A DNA stretch of 64,000 bases from Octopus sinensis (taxonomy: Eukaryota), in NCBI RefSeq assembly GCF_006345805.1, contig NW_021835993.1, forward strand, positions 1-64,000, written 5' to 3'. Position numbers and translations under genes: made by a program. Below the pieces are notes generated by a model, which saw only the letters and a program-made list of their open reading frames with translations, made no database searches and was not told the origin of the DNA. Within the stretch, counting starts at the first letter, position 1. Every line of letters begins with the position of its first letter. Positions 24,552 through 37,163 of the stretch are shown piece after piece.

Positions 24552-24960
24552 ATGCCACTGTCAATATTAAAAAATGCCACAAACAATCCGATGGTATTCC
24601 TAATGTATTAAAATTCAGCTTATTGAACTCAAAAACGGTGATACGTACAACGGCCATTTAATCAGATGTGACAACTTTATGAATATTTATTTGAAGGAAG
24701 CTATCTGCACGTCGAGAGTACACACTGTTTATATATTTAGGGACGGAGACGAGTTTTGGAAACTCAACGAGTGTTACATTCGTGGGAATGCTATCAAATA
24801 TCTCCGAATTCCCGACCAAGTACTCCATCACACACAAAGTGACGCATCCCGCCGAAATGACCAAGGAAAGGGAAAACGGCCTCCCAAAAAAACTCAAAAG
24901 GCTAAGCCAAAACGTACTTTGCTTGATTTTTTATTTTTAGCAAAGTACCAGAAGACCTAA
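24552..24960 (+). CDS. LSM4: U6 snRNA-associated Sm-like protein LSm4, copy A
   Basis: [14 protein letters not shown]|[33 protein letters not shown]|[25 protein letters not shown]. Introns of 25, 23/24 and 27 nt lie at positions recalled for vertebrate LSM4. A 1-codon upstream exon is possible. Confidence 0.95.
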
Positions 24961-25891
24961 TTTTTTGATTGATTTGTTTTTCCCATATTTGTTAAGACTA
25001 TTATTTCTTATAACGAAAAATGCGCTTTTCTAGGCTTATTCGTTTATTTCGAGTTTTTTATTAGTCCTTCTAATAGAATATACCAGATCTAGATTATTAA
25101 AATTATTTTGTGGGTTTTCTGTGTCCCTGAACTAGTATGTGAATAAATGGTAGGGAAATTACTATTCTGTAATAAGAATTAAACCGAATTCTAAATTGAT
25201 TTTGCTAGAAAGGATTATTCTAAATAAACAGTCAGTTAGTATTACATATTTTGTAGGGGAGACACAAAAGGAGTAATTCACATAGACATGTCAATTTGGA
25301 ATGAAATGCTTTACTCTTCAAAGATGAAAAATACACCTGGAAAACTCCTGACTGTCTTCGATAAGATCTTATTTTAAAAAATATCGAAATTTCCAAGATT
25401 AAAAAATAATAAGAAGTGTAGATATGTTCGGATAAGTTAAATGCAGACTTCCGCAATAAGTCATATTCCAGAATATTTGAACATTTTATCCTCGATGAAC
25501 ATGAGTAATATGTATTACTAAATTACTAGAAATTGTCATTTCACAACAATTACTCGTTAAAATTCAAATTAGATCAATTACGCACAAAAGAAAGTTTAGC
25601 GATGTCCTATTCTAGGTGAGGTATCCTTTGAGACCAAGGAATACTGACTGCCTGAGATCTACTTTACTCCTGACGAGGGAGGTCAAAGAGACGAATGGGG
25701 ATATTCCAGTAGGGGGTGGGACTGCAGTCCACTCACGTGTATTGATGATTTAGGTGTTGAATTGATCAATAATACACATTTTGAAAAATGAATTAATTTA
25801 TGTTATTTTTGTATATATTTTGTTTATTAAAATTAATGTGTCAACCCTTTTTATAAATCCGGAAATTAAGAATAAAGGAATAATTCTACGC

Positions 25892-26419
25892 ATGCCCCCC
25901 GCCGTATTTCCATCGTTCTGATATTACTTATAGAAGAAACAGCCTGCAAAAAACGACAAATCAAAGTCCGGCAAAGGCGGAAATGTCCAGAAAGGAGCTA
26001 AAAACTTAAAGACCACTGGGAAGAAAGCCCCTCTAATGCCGGCAAAGAGCGTCAGCAAAGCCAAAAAGAAAGTAATCCAGTTGATGTCTACAGTTAGAAA
26101 TGGAATAAGAAACAAGAAAAGGAAAAGCTCAACAGCCAATTCCTATTCACAGCCGATAACTATCAAAAACTGCTCAAAGAAGTTCCCAAAATGAAAATCA
26201 TCACACCAAGCATGTTGGCAGAGAAATTCAAAATCACCGTTTCTCTTGCCAACCTCGCTCTCAAAATGCTTCTAGAAAAAGGTCAGTTCGACTGCCTGAG
26301 GCTTAGGCTTGATTCAGCAGGAAATAAAACACTCGACAATAAAAGTGTATAGCACAATCAAGAAGGAGGCAGCGTCGACGAATATTCCTTGTGGCGACAC
26401 TGTTCTCCAAACGACTTAA
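25892..26419 (+). CDS. RPS25: 40S ribosomal protein eS25, copy A
   Basis: Introns of 30, 26 and 25 nt. MPPA|KKQ...KAKKK|KWNKK...KLLKEVPKMKIITPSMLAEKFKITVSLANLALKMLLEKG|LIQ. Confidence 0.92.
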
Positions 26420-27019
26420 TTAATTTTACTTTCTGGTTAAATCGATGTGTTTAGTCTACTTCCTAAGTTATCAGACTGGTTAGAATTCAGATTTATTTAA
26501 GCGTTCTTGTGGTTTGTTTACATTTTATGGTTTAGGTTAGATCTATATTATATATCATATCATTTTTGTTTATTATAAAGACGGTCTGAGTGTTGAAAAA
26601 AAAATAAGGGAGTTGTTCAATGGCATCCCAAACCAAGGACTTCCCTAAAAGGAAAGGTACTCATAAAGCAGGATGCTTTCTTTCACTCCGGCAGAGACCG
26701 ACTGGGTCTAGAATGAAAGGGAAAGCTGCCTACTTTAGAGTTCTTTTGACAACGTCGTTGAGTTGAGTCTGACGATTAATTTTACCAGCACTTTTTTTGC
26801 ACGGGAATCTGTCTAGCGGGTGGATATTATATAGAGGTAACTAAAGCTTTTATTCGTTTTAAAAAATCGTTGATTACTTTTTGAATTGTTTACTTTAACA
26901 TATTTTTCGAATATGGAATATTTGGGACTTATATTTATTGAAGAGCGTCAAATTTTATATTATTCAAAGTTTCAAAAATATTGTTTTTGTTTGAATAATT
27001 GAAATAATGTTCCCACGTT

Positions 27020-30000
27020 TTATGGGGCTTCAGGCCCTTCTAATGCTGTCCGGTCCACAATAAGGTCACTGGGGGAATTGTTATCGTGGAGGTCCACATC
27101 GTTTGCAGACAGTGGAAGTGACGAAAAAGAGGAATTATGACCTCCTTGAACGAGTTAGGGCTGATGCACCAAAGTCCATGTCACATTCCCTGTGTGATTA
27201 CATAAAATAACTGGTCACAAAATACCACACGGGGTACTTAAGACAGTTTGGTGTAAATAACTGTATATTCAGTCAACTGTTCTTAAGAGGACTCTGGAGA
27301 GTATGTCGTTTGATACCCGTCAATCCAATTCTTTCCTGATATTTAGTTAGCAAGAGTGGCAGGACTGCATTTTTTCGGAGGTCTACAGAGTCAGAGAAGG
27401 ATGAGAAGAAGGGAAGGAGGTGCGTAGAGTGCCACCGCTTGGTCACTTCGAAGAGTCAGGACTTACAATAGTAGTAGCACTTTCACAGGACCCAAGAAAG
27501 TTATGTTGAATTGAATATAGATGTCTCGCTTAGAACGTCCATCCAATCAGTGACAATCAAGAAAAGGATGTAGAACATGGGCGCTAAACACAGACATGGC
27601 ACAAAAGTTGACAACCACCTAGTTTCGAATGAGACAAATAGTCGTATCGATAGAAGAAAGAAACTGGAAATATCAGTAAACCCGTCAGAGGAGTTGACTT
27701 TCATACTACAATACAAAAAGAAGAGGTGTCTATAGGTGACCTCTCTGTTGAAGATAATTGTTTGATTTAACAATCATTCGAACTATCTATTATGTCTTTC
27801 AATGTAAGAGGCCTTAAATCGACTTGGAAACAACATGCACTATGTGAGGACATGAAGAAATACAGGATCTCGGTTGGATATCTACAAGAAACCAAAGTGA
27901 AACTCGGGGATGAGCAAGTCTATGGGGACTATCGCCTTATTCTGCTGCCCTCTGAATGCGGACACTATGGCCAAGGCTTTGTGGCACACAAACACTTATC
28001 TACTTGTATTCATCGCTGCTGGAGACTCACCGATCGAATATCTGTACTACAAATAAATACCGGACACAAATCCGGAATGCTTTCCATCATTAATGTCTAT
28101 GCCCCCCAAAGTGGCAGGATTGCCAAGAATCTCGACGAACTAGACTCCTTTTACGAGGAGCTAGTTAGGATACTCACAAGTCTGGAGGATTCGTCCATTC
28201 TATTCATTGGATTGGAATGCCAAAGTTGGCATCCGCTTTGGGGACGAGGCCGATAAGGCTGCCTTATTTGATTCCCGATCATATGGAGGATCTCGGGTTG
28301 ACAGTGATCATAAAATGGTCGTTGGACGTTTCTACATCAAGAAACACCATGCGCCGCTCAAGACGCTCATCTGGTACAAGGAAAAGATATCTCACGGAAA
28401 AACTGTTGTACTCCTCCCTCACTCGGGAAAACTATCAAAAATCATTGGAGAGCTATATCTCTTGTATAGGAACGGGTCTCTCCTCGAAGAACACATGGGA
28501 TTCCATTATGAATGGTATCTATATGGCTGCTGACGAGCACATCGGGAAGCAACCAAATAATAATCAGTCCGGGAGATGCTGCCACCCAGATGTTCGGGCG
28601 AAAATCGTTGAGCAAAAGGATCTAAAGCTCAGAATCGAAAACAAGAACGATCATAATAACAAACAGGCACTGAGGAGGAAACTTATTAAGAAACTTATGA
28701 GCGACCAATTATTTTTTGTTTTCAAGTTTGAGAATACTATCTGTCGAATATTTATAAAAACTTTGGAAATGTTTAATTTCCTTTAAAAACTTAATTTATT
28801 CTTTAAAATCTTTCGAAAAATAATAAATAAGTGCCTTTTTAGGGAAAAAATAGGGTGCCTCTAACATTTGGACGGGACTATAATTACAAAAGAATGTTGG
28901 ATTCATCCTTAATATTATTTAAAAAATTACCGGAACATTTTTTAATACAATTTTTTTATTACCTAAAAAATAGTGCTATAGAAACCCAAATGTTAGAGTC
29001 TTCAAATGGAAAAACATTACAACGAATCAAACAGATAAATCAAGTAAGAATAGTTAAATAAACACAAAAATCATAATAATTGGAATAATTATAACTAGAA
29101 TTTGACGAATTCTGATCAAATGAACATGATACACATTACCCATGATTTGCTAAATTCAGAAAAGAGTAACAATGTGCCACCTGAAGCTCGGGAACAAATA
29201 AGCGCAGATAAATGGATACATAAATATGGGTTAGTCAACAATAAGCTGTCATGGGACTTTATTCTTAAAAAAATTGGATTCAAAAAAAGCGAGGAATATG
29301 TTTACTCTTTGAAAAAACCAGTCTGTTCTCGATACAGTATAGACTTGTTTGTGGAAGTTTTTTCTTCAATCGACGGTAGAACATATAACGTGACAAGAGA
29401 TAATAAAAAAATGTTATATTTATTTAATAAATTGAAAAAAATTCAAGAACTATATCAAAAACGTATCGAACGTATCTATATTCCGGTAGTCGAAGAGTTT
29501 TTGGGCTAATTGTCGAAAATTTTGTGATTATTGTTTTTGACATGAAAACTCAATCTTATGAAAAATTTAACCTATATAAAGCCGTAGCCACAGATATAAT
29601 AAGAAGTCAACTAATAAATATAAATAAATTTAATTTAATCTGGTAAAATTTTTGAAATTAATTTAAGGGTTGCAGCTAAACCGATAGTATTTTCAAAAGA
29701 AATAGTTCAGTATAGGAAAGACTATTAAATGGATTGAGAACAAAAATTCTTTATCAGAAAGGAATGTAGAATACACTGTCACAGCATTAGAATTGGCTGC
29801 AAATGAAAAAGTTTAAATTTAATATTTGAATCTTTAGACCGAAGCAGTTTATTTATTCACTGAAGGAGACTCATCTCAAAACTGTTCAAATTTTATTAAC
29901 GATAAGGTTTTAATTTAAACCTTATATATCTAAATAATTTTTAGTTAAAAAACAATATTGTTCTTAATATTGTTATGTTTGATTCAATAAACTTATAAAA

Positions 30001-31980
30001 AACTTATTTTTAAACTTAAACTTATTTTATATAAACTTATAAAAAGAAAAATTAATATTATAAAAATAAAAATTATTCTTAAAAACTTATACTTTGACTC
30101 TATTCCAACAAAAACTTAAACCATATCCGAACCCTAACCATTTATTAATTTAAACTCTAACCTTAATGCCTACTCTAACGCCAACCCTAACCCTATCTTG
30201 AGGAGGAAACTCATTAAGAAACTAAACCGTCAGCACACTCTAGACACTCTGGAAACCCTTCTAAACGAAGTCGAAGGGCTCAAGAACGGCGCAAAAATGT
30301 TTTAGGCCATGCGTCTTCTCAAAAGAAGAAAACCCACCAAACTCAAAATTATCGATGGCATGGGAAAAACCATCTACAAACCTGCAGAGCAAGCCGAAAT
30401 AATTGCTGATCACTTCGAACGTCAATTTAATCTGAACACTGACGATATTGACCCCTTTACATGCACATCAGCACCTCTCAATAAGCCAATCGCAGTTGAG
30501 GAAGTCATCCAAGCTGCCAAAAAGCTTAAGAATTGTCGGGCAGCTGGACCTGATAATATCAATGCAGAACTGATCAAGTATGGCCCAATGCTACTCATGG
30601 AAAAACTGACGACCTCGTTCAATGAGATGTTCGCAACCAATGACCTGCTCCCACTGGGCTCAGGCACACTCATCCCGATACAAAAGACCAACAAAACCTC
30701 CGGACCGGTGGAAAATCTCCGTCCCGTAATACTACTGAACACTCTGAGAAAACTTTTCTCACTCATTACACTCGGTCCCATAACCCGAACTGTTAATGAA
30801 TATCTCTCTCCCAGTCACAGTGGATTCAGGGCTGGAAGATCCACAGCTGATATAGTCTGGAGTCACAGATGGCGTGCGCTGTCCAGCAAAAATTTAAAAA
30901 ATCTACGGCTATCCTTGGTATCGGCTTTTGACTGTGTCCGTCGTGACCTACTTATCGGGGTTCTGGAAAGCTTCCTAGAGGTAGATGAAGTGAGAATGAT
31001 ACGATTACTACTTGCTAAGACAGAACTTTCTCTTCGTATTGGGTCAGTCTCCTCAAGGCGGTTCAAAACGAATGTCGGCACGCCTCAGGGAGACTCTCTC
31101 TCCCCTGCTATTTGTAATCTATCTGGAAGCCGCCTTGAGAGATTTGAGAACTTTCTATAATGATTCTATCACCGAAATTGCATATGCCGACGATGTGGAC
31201 TTTGCCTCGGACAACATAGATGATCTAATTCATCTACTAAACAATTCCCCACGGGTGCTTAACAAATGGTTCCTGATAATTAACACTTCCAAAACTGAAT
31301 TGACGGAGATAAAACGAATGGACACCAGAATTGGCGAAACATGGAGGAATGCCAACAAACTCGGCTCCCTACTTGAAGATAGCGAAGACATTTCTCGTAG
31401 AAAGATGCTTGCTACTGCGGCTCTGAGCAGAATACGTAAAAAATGGCTCCAAGCTTGGCCGATAAATCGGGCTCTCAGATCAAGGCTCTATAATGCATTC
31501 GTAAAGCCCGTTCTACTATACAACTCGTCAACATGGGAGATCTCGGACACTGAACTGAAGACTATAGACTCTTTTCACCGTAAACAACTACGTCTTTTAC
31601 ACGGAATACACTGGCCATCAAAATTAACAATCTATCTCTGTATAAACATTACGATGCTACGCCGTTGTCTCAAGAAATCGTTGGAGGTCGGTGGAAATTA
31701 TTTGGCCATATTTTGCGAATGGACCCCAGAGCTCCGGCCAATCGGGCAATGGACGATTATTTCTTTGAACATGGAGACAAATATCGTGGAAGACCTAGAT
31801 CCACTCTTCCGGCAGTTCTGGAGAGGGATCTCAAACTTCATGGCAAAAGTTTCAAAAACTTGGACGACCTAGAATCTTTGCGGGATCTCGCCTCCACAGA
31901 GAGGCATGGACAAGGATGGTCCAGAAGATTGTTTCGCTTGTGACACGTGTGGGATTATAACTTTGTTTATGTTCCTACGG
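27020..31980 (+). mobile_element. RTE-like APE-RT LINE, near full length, degenerate, split by a 1.5-kb insertion
   Basis: CCHC-knuckle remnant at ~27420. APE motifs SFNVRG, YLQETK, INVYAP, DWNAK and SDH. RT motifs GPDNI, LRPV, PQGDSLSP and YADD, then GHILR and RGRP. The frame continues across 28695/30224. Confidence 0.9.
28854..29998 (+). pseudogene. VWA3B: 5' fragment of a VWA3B-like gene with introns, embedded in the LINE
   Basis: ISADKWIHKYGLVNNKLSWDFILKKIGFKKSEEYVYSLKKPVCSRYSIDLF...DGRTYNVT matches recalled VWA3B ISSEKWLQLHGLKSNKLTLKQILSQIGF...GRPVASRYADGLF...DGRVYNLT. It continues into the first vWA domain through introns of 55, 25, 27 and 38 nt, with frameshifts at ~29500 and ~29715. 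Confidence 0.85.
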
Positions 31981-31993
31981 AATGTGTTATAAT

Positions 31994-33684
31994 TAGGGGT
32001 GATAAAGTTGATAAAGTTAAATTTTAATATTTAAATAAAAATTTAATAAAACTGTTTTTATATTATTTTTAAACGTTCTATCTTTATATTTTAAAAAATT
32101 ATAAAGTTAAAAAGTTAAAAAAATAAATCGTAAGGTTAAATTTGTTTAACTTTATTTTATTTAATTATTTCAACAAATTATTATTATACGATTAAATAAA
32201 TATTAAGTTTTTGTTGTATGCCGCGTACTTCTATGTCTTATCTAACTAAAGCAAAATTAATTGTTAACGAATTCCCAAAGGAATTTCAGTTAAATAACAA
32301 CGATGAATTGTTTTGTAAACTATGCTTAACGTCAGTAAAGTGCTCGAAAAGCATTTTGTTAACCTCCACAGGATATCAAATAAACATAAAACTTTCGTTG
32401 GTAAGGATTTTCGATAATATATAGATCGTTTGACTACATTTTGCCAACAAAAATTAGATGAATCTGAAATTGGAAACTGGAATTTGAGGGTGACTAAGTC
32501 TTTTCTGAAATGTGACATTCCGCTAAATAAATTATCAATGCCTTTATTTGTTGATCTCTTCGAAAGCAACAAAATTTCCCTTCCTTCGCAATCACAAGCA
32601 AGGAATTTGCAAAATATATTGCAAATGAATACATAGGATCTTTTAGGGACAAATTCAAGTATTCCATCAAAGTTTATTTTCTAGAGAACAAAAAATTTTT
32701 ACAATAACCGATGAAACTTTTCATTTCCGATGCTGCACGGTATATGACATCCGGTATTGTTTTAATTAATTGATGGTTTAGCCGGGAAAATTTTAAAAAA
32801 TTTATATCCCAATCTTTTCATGTTAATTGCGTCACTCATATTTTGCATAATTGTTCAATGGAGGTCAGAAAATCTTATCCGGAAGTTGATGATGTGATAG
32901 CTAGCGTGCAAGCTTCTGTCAGGAAGAACCACAAGCGAAAATTGTTGTTTTACGAAATTGGAATTCCTCCGAAAGTTGTGTTGACGAGATGGGGCACCTG
33001 GTTAAAGGCTGCATCTTTTTATTCAAGAAATTTAATCTCAGTGATTAACATTTTTGATTTGATTGAGGACGAAGGAATACTAGTGACTGCCACAAAAATG
33101 GATTGAAAAGTGAAAAACTAGTAAAAAGCTTATGTGCAATTTCGCATAACTATTCACATATTCCAGGTTTTTCATATAGTAATTAATCTCATAGAGAAAA
33201 TATTACAACTTGAAAGTAACGAATGTACAATAGAATTTGCATATTCGACGTTAAGTACACCTGACTTAGGGAAGGATGAAGCAGGGATCAAAAAATATTT
33301 AGAGAAGAGAATTTTAGAGAGCGATATGACTAAAATTATTATTATGGATAATAAAAATATCTCTCCGGAAGATTATTCGTTACTTCAAAACTGTCAACCA
33401 TCCTCGGCATCTATCGAACGATGCTTTTCGCAATTTAGGAGTTTTATGAGGTCAAACAGAAACTTTGCTACACAAAATTTGGAAAATTATGTTATGTCCA
33501 TTTTCAATAAATAGTCTTTAAAGTATTTTATTGTTTCTTATTTATACTTTACAGGTTTAACCTGAGAATAAATAAAGTTAAATTTTTTTAATTTTAAGGT
33601 TAAAAATTTTGGTTTATAGGTTAATAAAGTTAACTTTTTAAGGTTAAATTTTTCAATTTTTAAGGTTAAAAAAATGTTGGCCCT
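31994..33684 (+). mobile_element. Degenerate CGGBP-like hAT transposon
   Basis: 8-bp TSD GTTATAAT (31986-31993, 33685-33692) and TAGGG ends. Fragments ISDAARY, VLTRWGTWL and SASIERCFS. Confidence 0.9.
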
Positions 33685-34086
33685 AGTTATAATAATAATT
33701 AGTTTGCATGTTCACAAATTCATAATGTTATCATTCAAGGCACTAATCACATCCAATCATCTTTAGTTGCTGATTGTCAGCTCCCACATATTTTGAGCAA
33801 ATATATAAGTTCTTCCATAATTTAAAATCGACACTTCTCTGAATTCGCTTAAAAAATATTTCCCATAAACTAAAACTCTTTTTTAACTACTGCTTTAACT
33901 AAAATACTGCTCTTTTTCTCATCTAGCATGTCATTTGTTTTCCAATTTGTGTTAAAGATAAATTAGAAATTGCAGATAATATTGCTGCTTACTTTGAATA
34001 TCTCTTCAGAAGAGATAAAAAACAACACTTAAAAAACTGAAAAGCAACACAAGTCCAGCAATCAATAATATTCACGGGAAACTGCA

Positions 34087-34445
34087 TTAAATAGTTAATA
34101 ATTTATGGAGTATTTGAGTGGGAGTGTGGGAATACTCGAACTAGTGAGTGATGCACATGTCCTACGCGCTGGACGATGTACTTGAACATTTGTTTGCAAT
34201 CCTCCACCGAGTACTCCCCGAATTTGACGTCCTCCCAATTCACCGCCCATTCCACCAAAATAAGGGGAATTCCTAGCACTCCCTTCATGGCCAGAACATT
34301 CCTGACCAATCTACGAGTCGATGATATTGTCCACTCTAGAATAACTGTGGAATGTACCCTTCGTGGTGATTGGGTCATGTCCTCCACTGAAATAGTCATA
34401 TCCGTCCACATTACTCAGCCAGTCTGCCCCACAGTCACTACTCAT
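34087..34445 (-). CDS. Small protein resembling the UBF/UBTF N-terminal SANT-like domain, copy B (open frame)
   Basis: Three exons with 22-nt and 25-nt GT-AG introns give MSSDCGADW...KEWTISSTRRLV...VNWEDVKFGEYSVEDCKQMFKYIVQRFEYSHTPTQILHKLLTI*. This resembles the recalled UBF segment MDWEKVAFKDFSGDMCK...FRTLTELI. Confidence 0.55.
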
Positions 34446-37163
34446 CTTCTATTATTATTATTTAAAGTATGTTTACACTATCAAAGAATTTAAATTAACT
34501 AATATCACCTTTGTGCCACACGTTAAGAGATTTTATTCACCAAGCTTCGAGTTTGCTCACAATAAATCTTTTAGTTTAAGAAAAGTTTTTACTTTTTAAA
34601 TATCTATCAGAATTCGACAGAATTTTCAATTTGTACCCCGTTTTTTAAAGCTACTCTTTTCTCCAATCCAGCTTAGATATTTTTCTGAAAAGTTCGAAAA
34701 ATTCCATTTTCTCCACATTTAGATTGACGAACCGCTTAGCAAGTTTATTTGGCATTACCTTCAATAGGCTTTCCAGAACATTTCTGTCGGACCGATGTTG
34801 TTTCAAATGGCTTAGAGCACATGACTGACCGATAGATAGGTTTCTGATAAGAGATTTCTTCTCTTGAAAAAATTGTGTGGCTGGCACGAACAAAACCTTA
34901 GTCACTTAAGTGCTTATAGCAACGCGGAAGTGCTATTTACTACTAATACTTACATCAATCAATTTTTGACGTATGATTCAGTAAAAACTTTTTGTCGCAC
35001 TTTTAAACCTTTGAATAGTGGAATATCGCCAGAAGTCGATCTTCCTACATGAAAACCGCTATGGAAACCGGATAGAAATAGTTCCTTCGAGGCTTTATTC
35101 TCTGTGGAGTGATAATTGCCAGAACTTTCGGTAGGCAATTCATAATATTTATTAGCCTGAGGTTCTCCACTTTTTCTTTAGCTTTGTTCGGCTTTTAGAC
35201 AGGGATTAGTATTCCTCGTCCCAGGGGTGAATAATCGTTTGTTGTAAACATCTCATTGAAAAGGTCAGTAATGATTATTTTGAGCAGGGCAAAAAAGTTT
35301 TTTGAGAAAAACAAGCCGACGTGACTGCCCCAAGTTGTAAGGTTGTCTAACAAACGAACGAGTGTCAATGTTTAATACAAATATCAGTCTTAGGTTAGAA
35401 CTAAAGTTAGTTTTAGGGTCAAAGTTTGGTTTTTCTCATATAGAAATTAAATCATATCCTGAAACATCAGAAGCAATAAAATTCTTTAAAACAATAGAAT
35501 TCCTCAGGGTGATGAGAAAAAAGCGCATAACAATAAAATATTTTTAGAATAAAAAAGTTTACGTAAGTTTTAAAGTTCTCTATGTTAACAGAATCCGCGG
35601 CCGTAGAGACTACATTGGGGGACTAGTTAAAATTTTATATCAAACTCTTTTGGGTTAGGAATGTTCCTTATTGAGCAGTTCTTTTAAGATTTAATTTTTA
35701 GAATTTAATCAAAATATTAGGTCCGAATTTATTAAATAAAAATCGAATGTTTTTAAATATGTGTGGCTTCGGCTATCAAGTCCCTTAGTCTAAATTACCT
35801 TATTTCTTAGTTCGTTTTCTTGACGTAGTTTTTGTATTTCCAACTGTTAGATTGCCAATTCGGCACTATTGAGTGTGTTTCGTGGGTTTACCTTGAGTTT
35901 TCGGTCAGAAAAAAGGTCTCGTTTTCTTCTCTTCTTGTTTCTGTAATTCCTCTTTTAGGAATTTAATTGCCTTAAGGCTGCCTGCTTATATTTGGATATT
36001 AATTCAACTTTTAAGCCATACTGATAATGTTCTTACAGACTCCCATCCAGTAAACATAGGAGCCATACAGTCAACCCTCTATTTATTGCAACTAATGGGA
36101 CCGACAAAAATAGTGGGAAAAATGGAGGTAGTAAAAAAGAAGGTTTAAAGTTTGAATGTCATCTTATCATGTTTTTTTAACTAGTTTGCTATTTTTTGTT
36201 TCGAAAGGATTTATTAGTCAAAATAATGTTTTTATTTGAGAATATTTTTAAGAACAACAGTTGGATAATCTAATGATTTTTTTCGTTCTTTGTTTAGTAT
36301 GTTTTCGTTAGTTTTCAATGCAACTAGCAATCATTCGAAAAATGTTCGATTTCAACAAAAATGTTTTGAAATTGTTTAAGTTGTTCACAGCATCTTCCAA
36401 TTCAATTTTTTAATTTTCAGTATCTTCATTTTCAATATCTTCTAGTTCCATTTCACATTTCTCCAAGTTTTCATAATTGTTAAGAATGCTGTCGTCAATA
36501 CATGGATTTTTTTCTGATCTGATCGTGTAAGTCGATCCTTTATTCTTAAGTCGAGCTCTTGGATTTTTTTCTGATCAGCTACATCAATAATGTTTAGTTC
36601 ATTTAGCAATTTTCCGAATCCCTCGATTTGACACGAAAAATCATCAATAATTCCACTTGTGAAGATTATTTTATTCTAGCAATTTTTGATAATCTTAAAA
36701 GAAATATTCTGCCTCCCGCCCTGGCTCAGCCTCCGCACATGCCGAAACAAAAAAATAACAAAGTATGCCTAATTGGAGAACACCTGCCTTTTCGTCCCCT
36801 GGCTTTCGAAACGAGCGGGATAATCGGCCCAAAAGCTCTTGAGTTCCTTTCGGAAATCGGCTTGATGATCTCAAGGAAGAGTCACGAGAAACGTGAGTCT
36901 AGTTGGCTTTTTCAGCGCATTTCGCTCGCGATATTGCGCGGAAACTGCCTATCTATTCGCGCGTCCTCTCAATCAAAGAATTAACATCATAAATTTACTT
37001 AATTAAAAAAAAAATAATAAAAAAAAAAGCATACGATTTAAAAATTACTGCATCTTTTATATTAACCTGTTTAAGTAGCGATTCAGCATGTGTTGGGAAA
37101 TCAATTTCGTTCACAACATGAGAGAGTAAATAATGATTACATATCAAGACTTGAAGCACTTAA

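Larger units (their letters stand above)
7229..27770. repeat. Segmental duplication, copy A
   Basis: Collinear with 33698-53918: same genes and elements in the same order and orientation. Confidence 0.97.
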
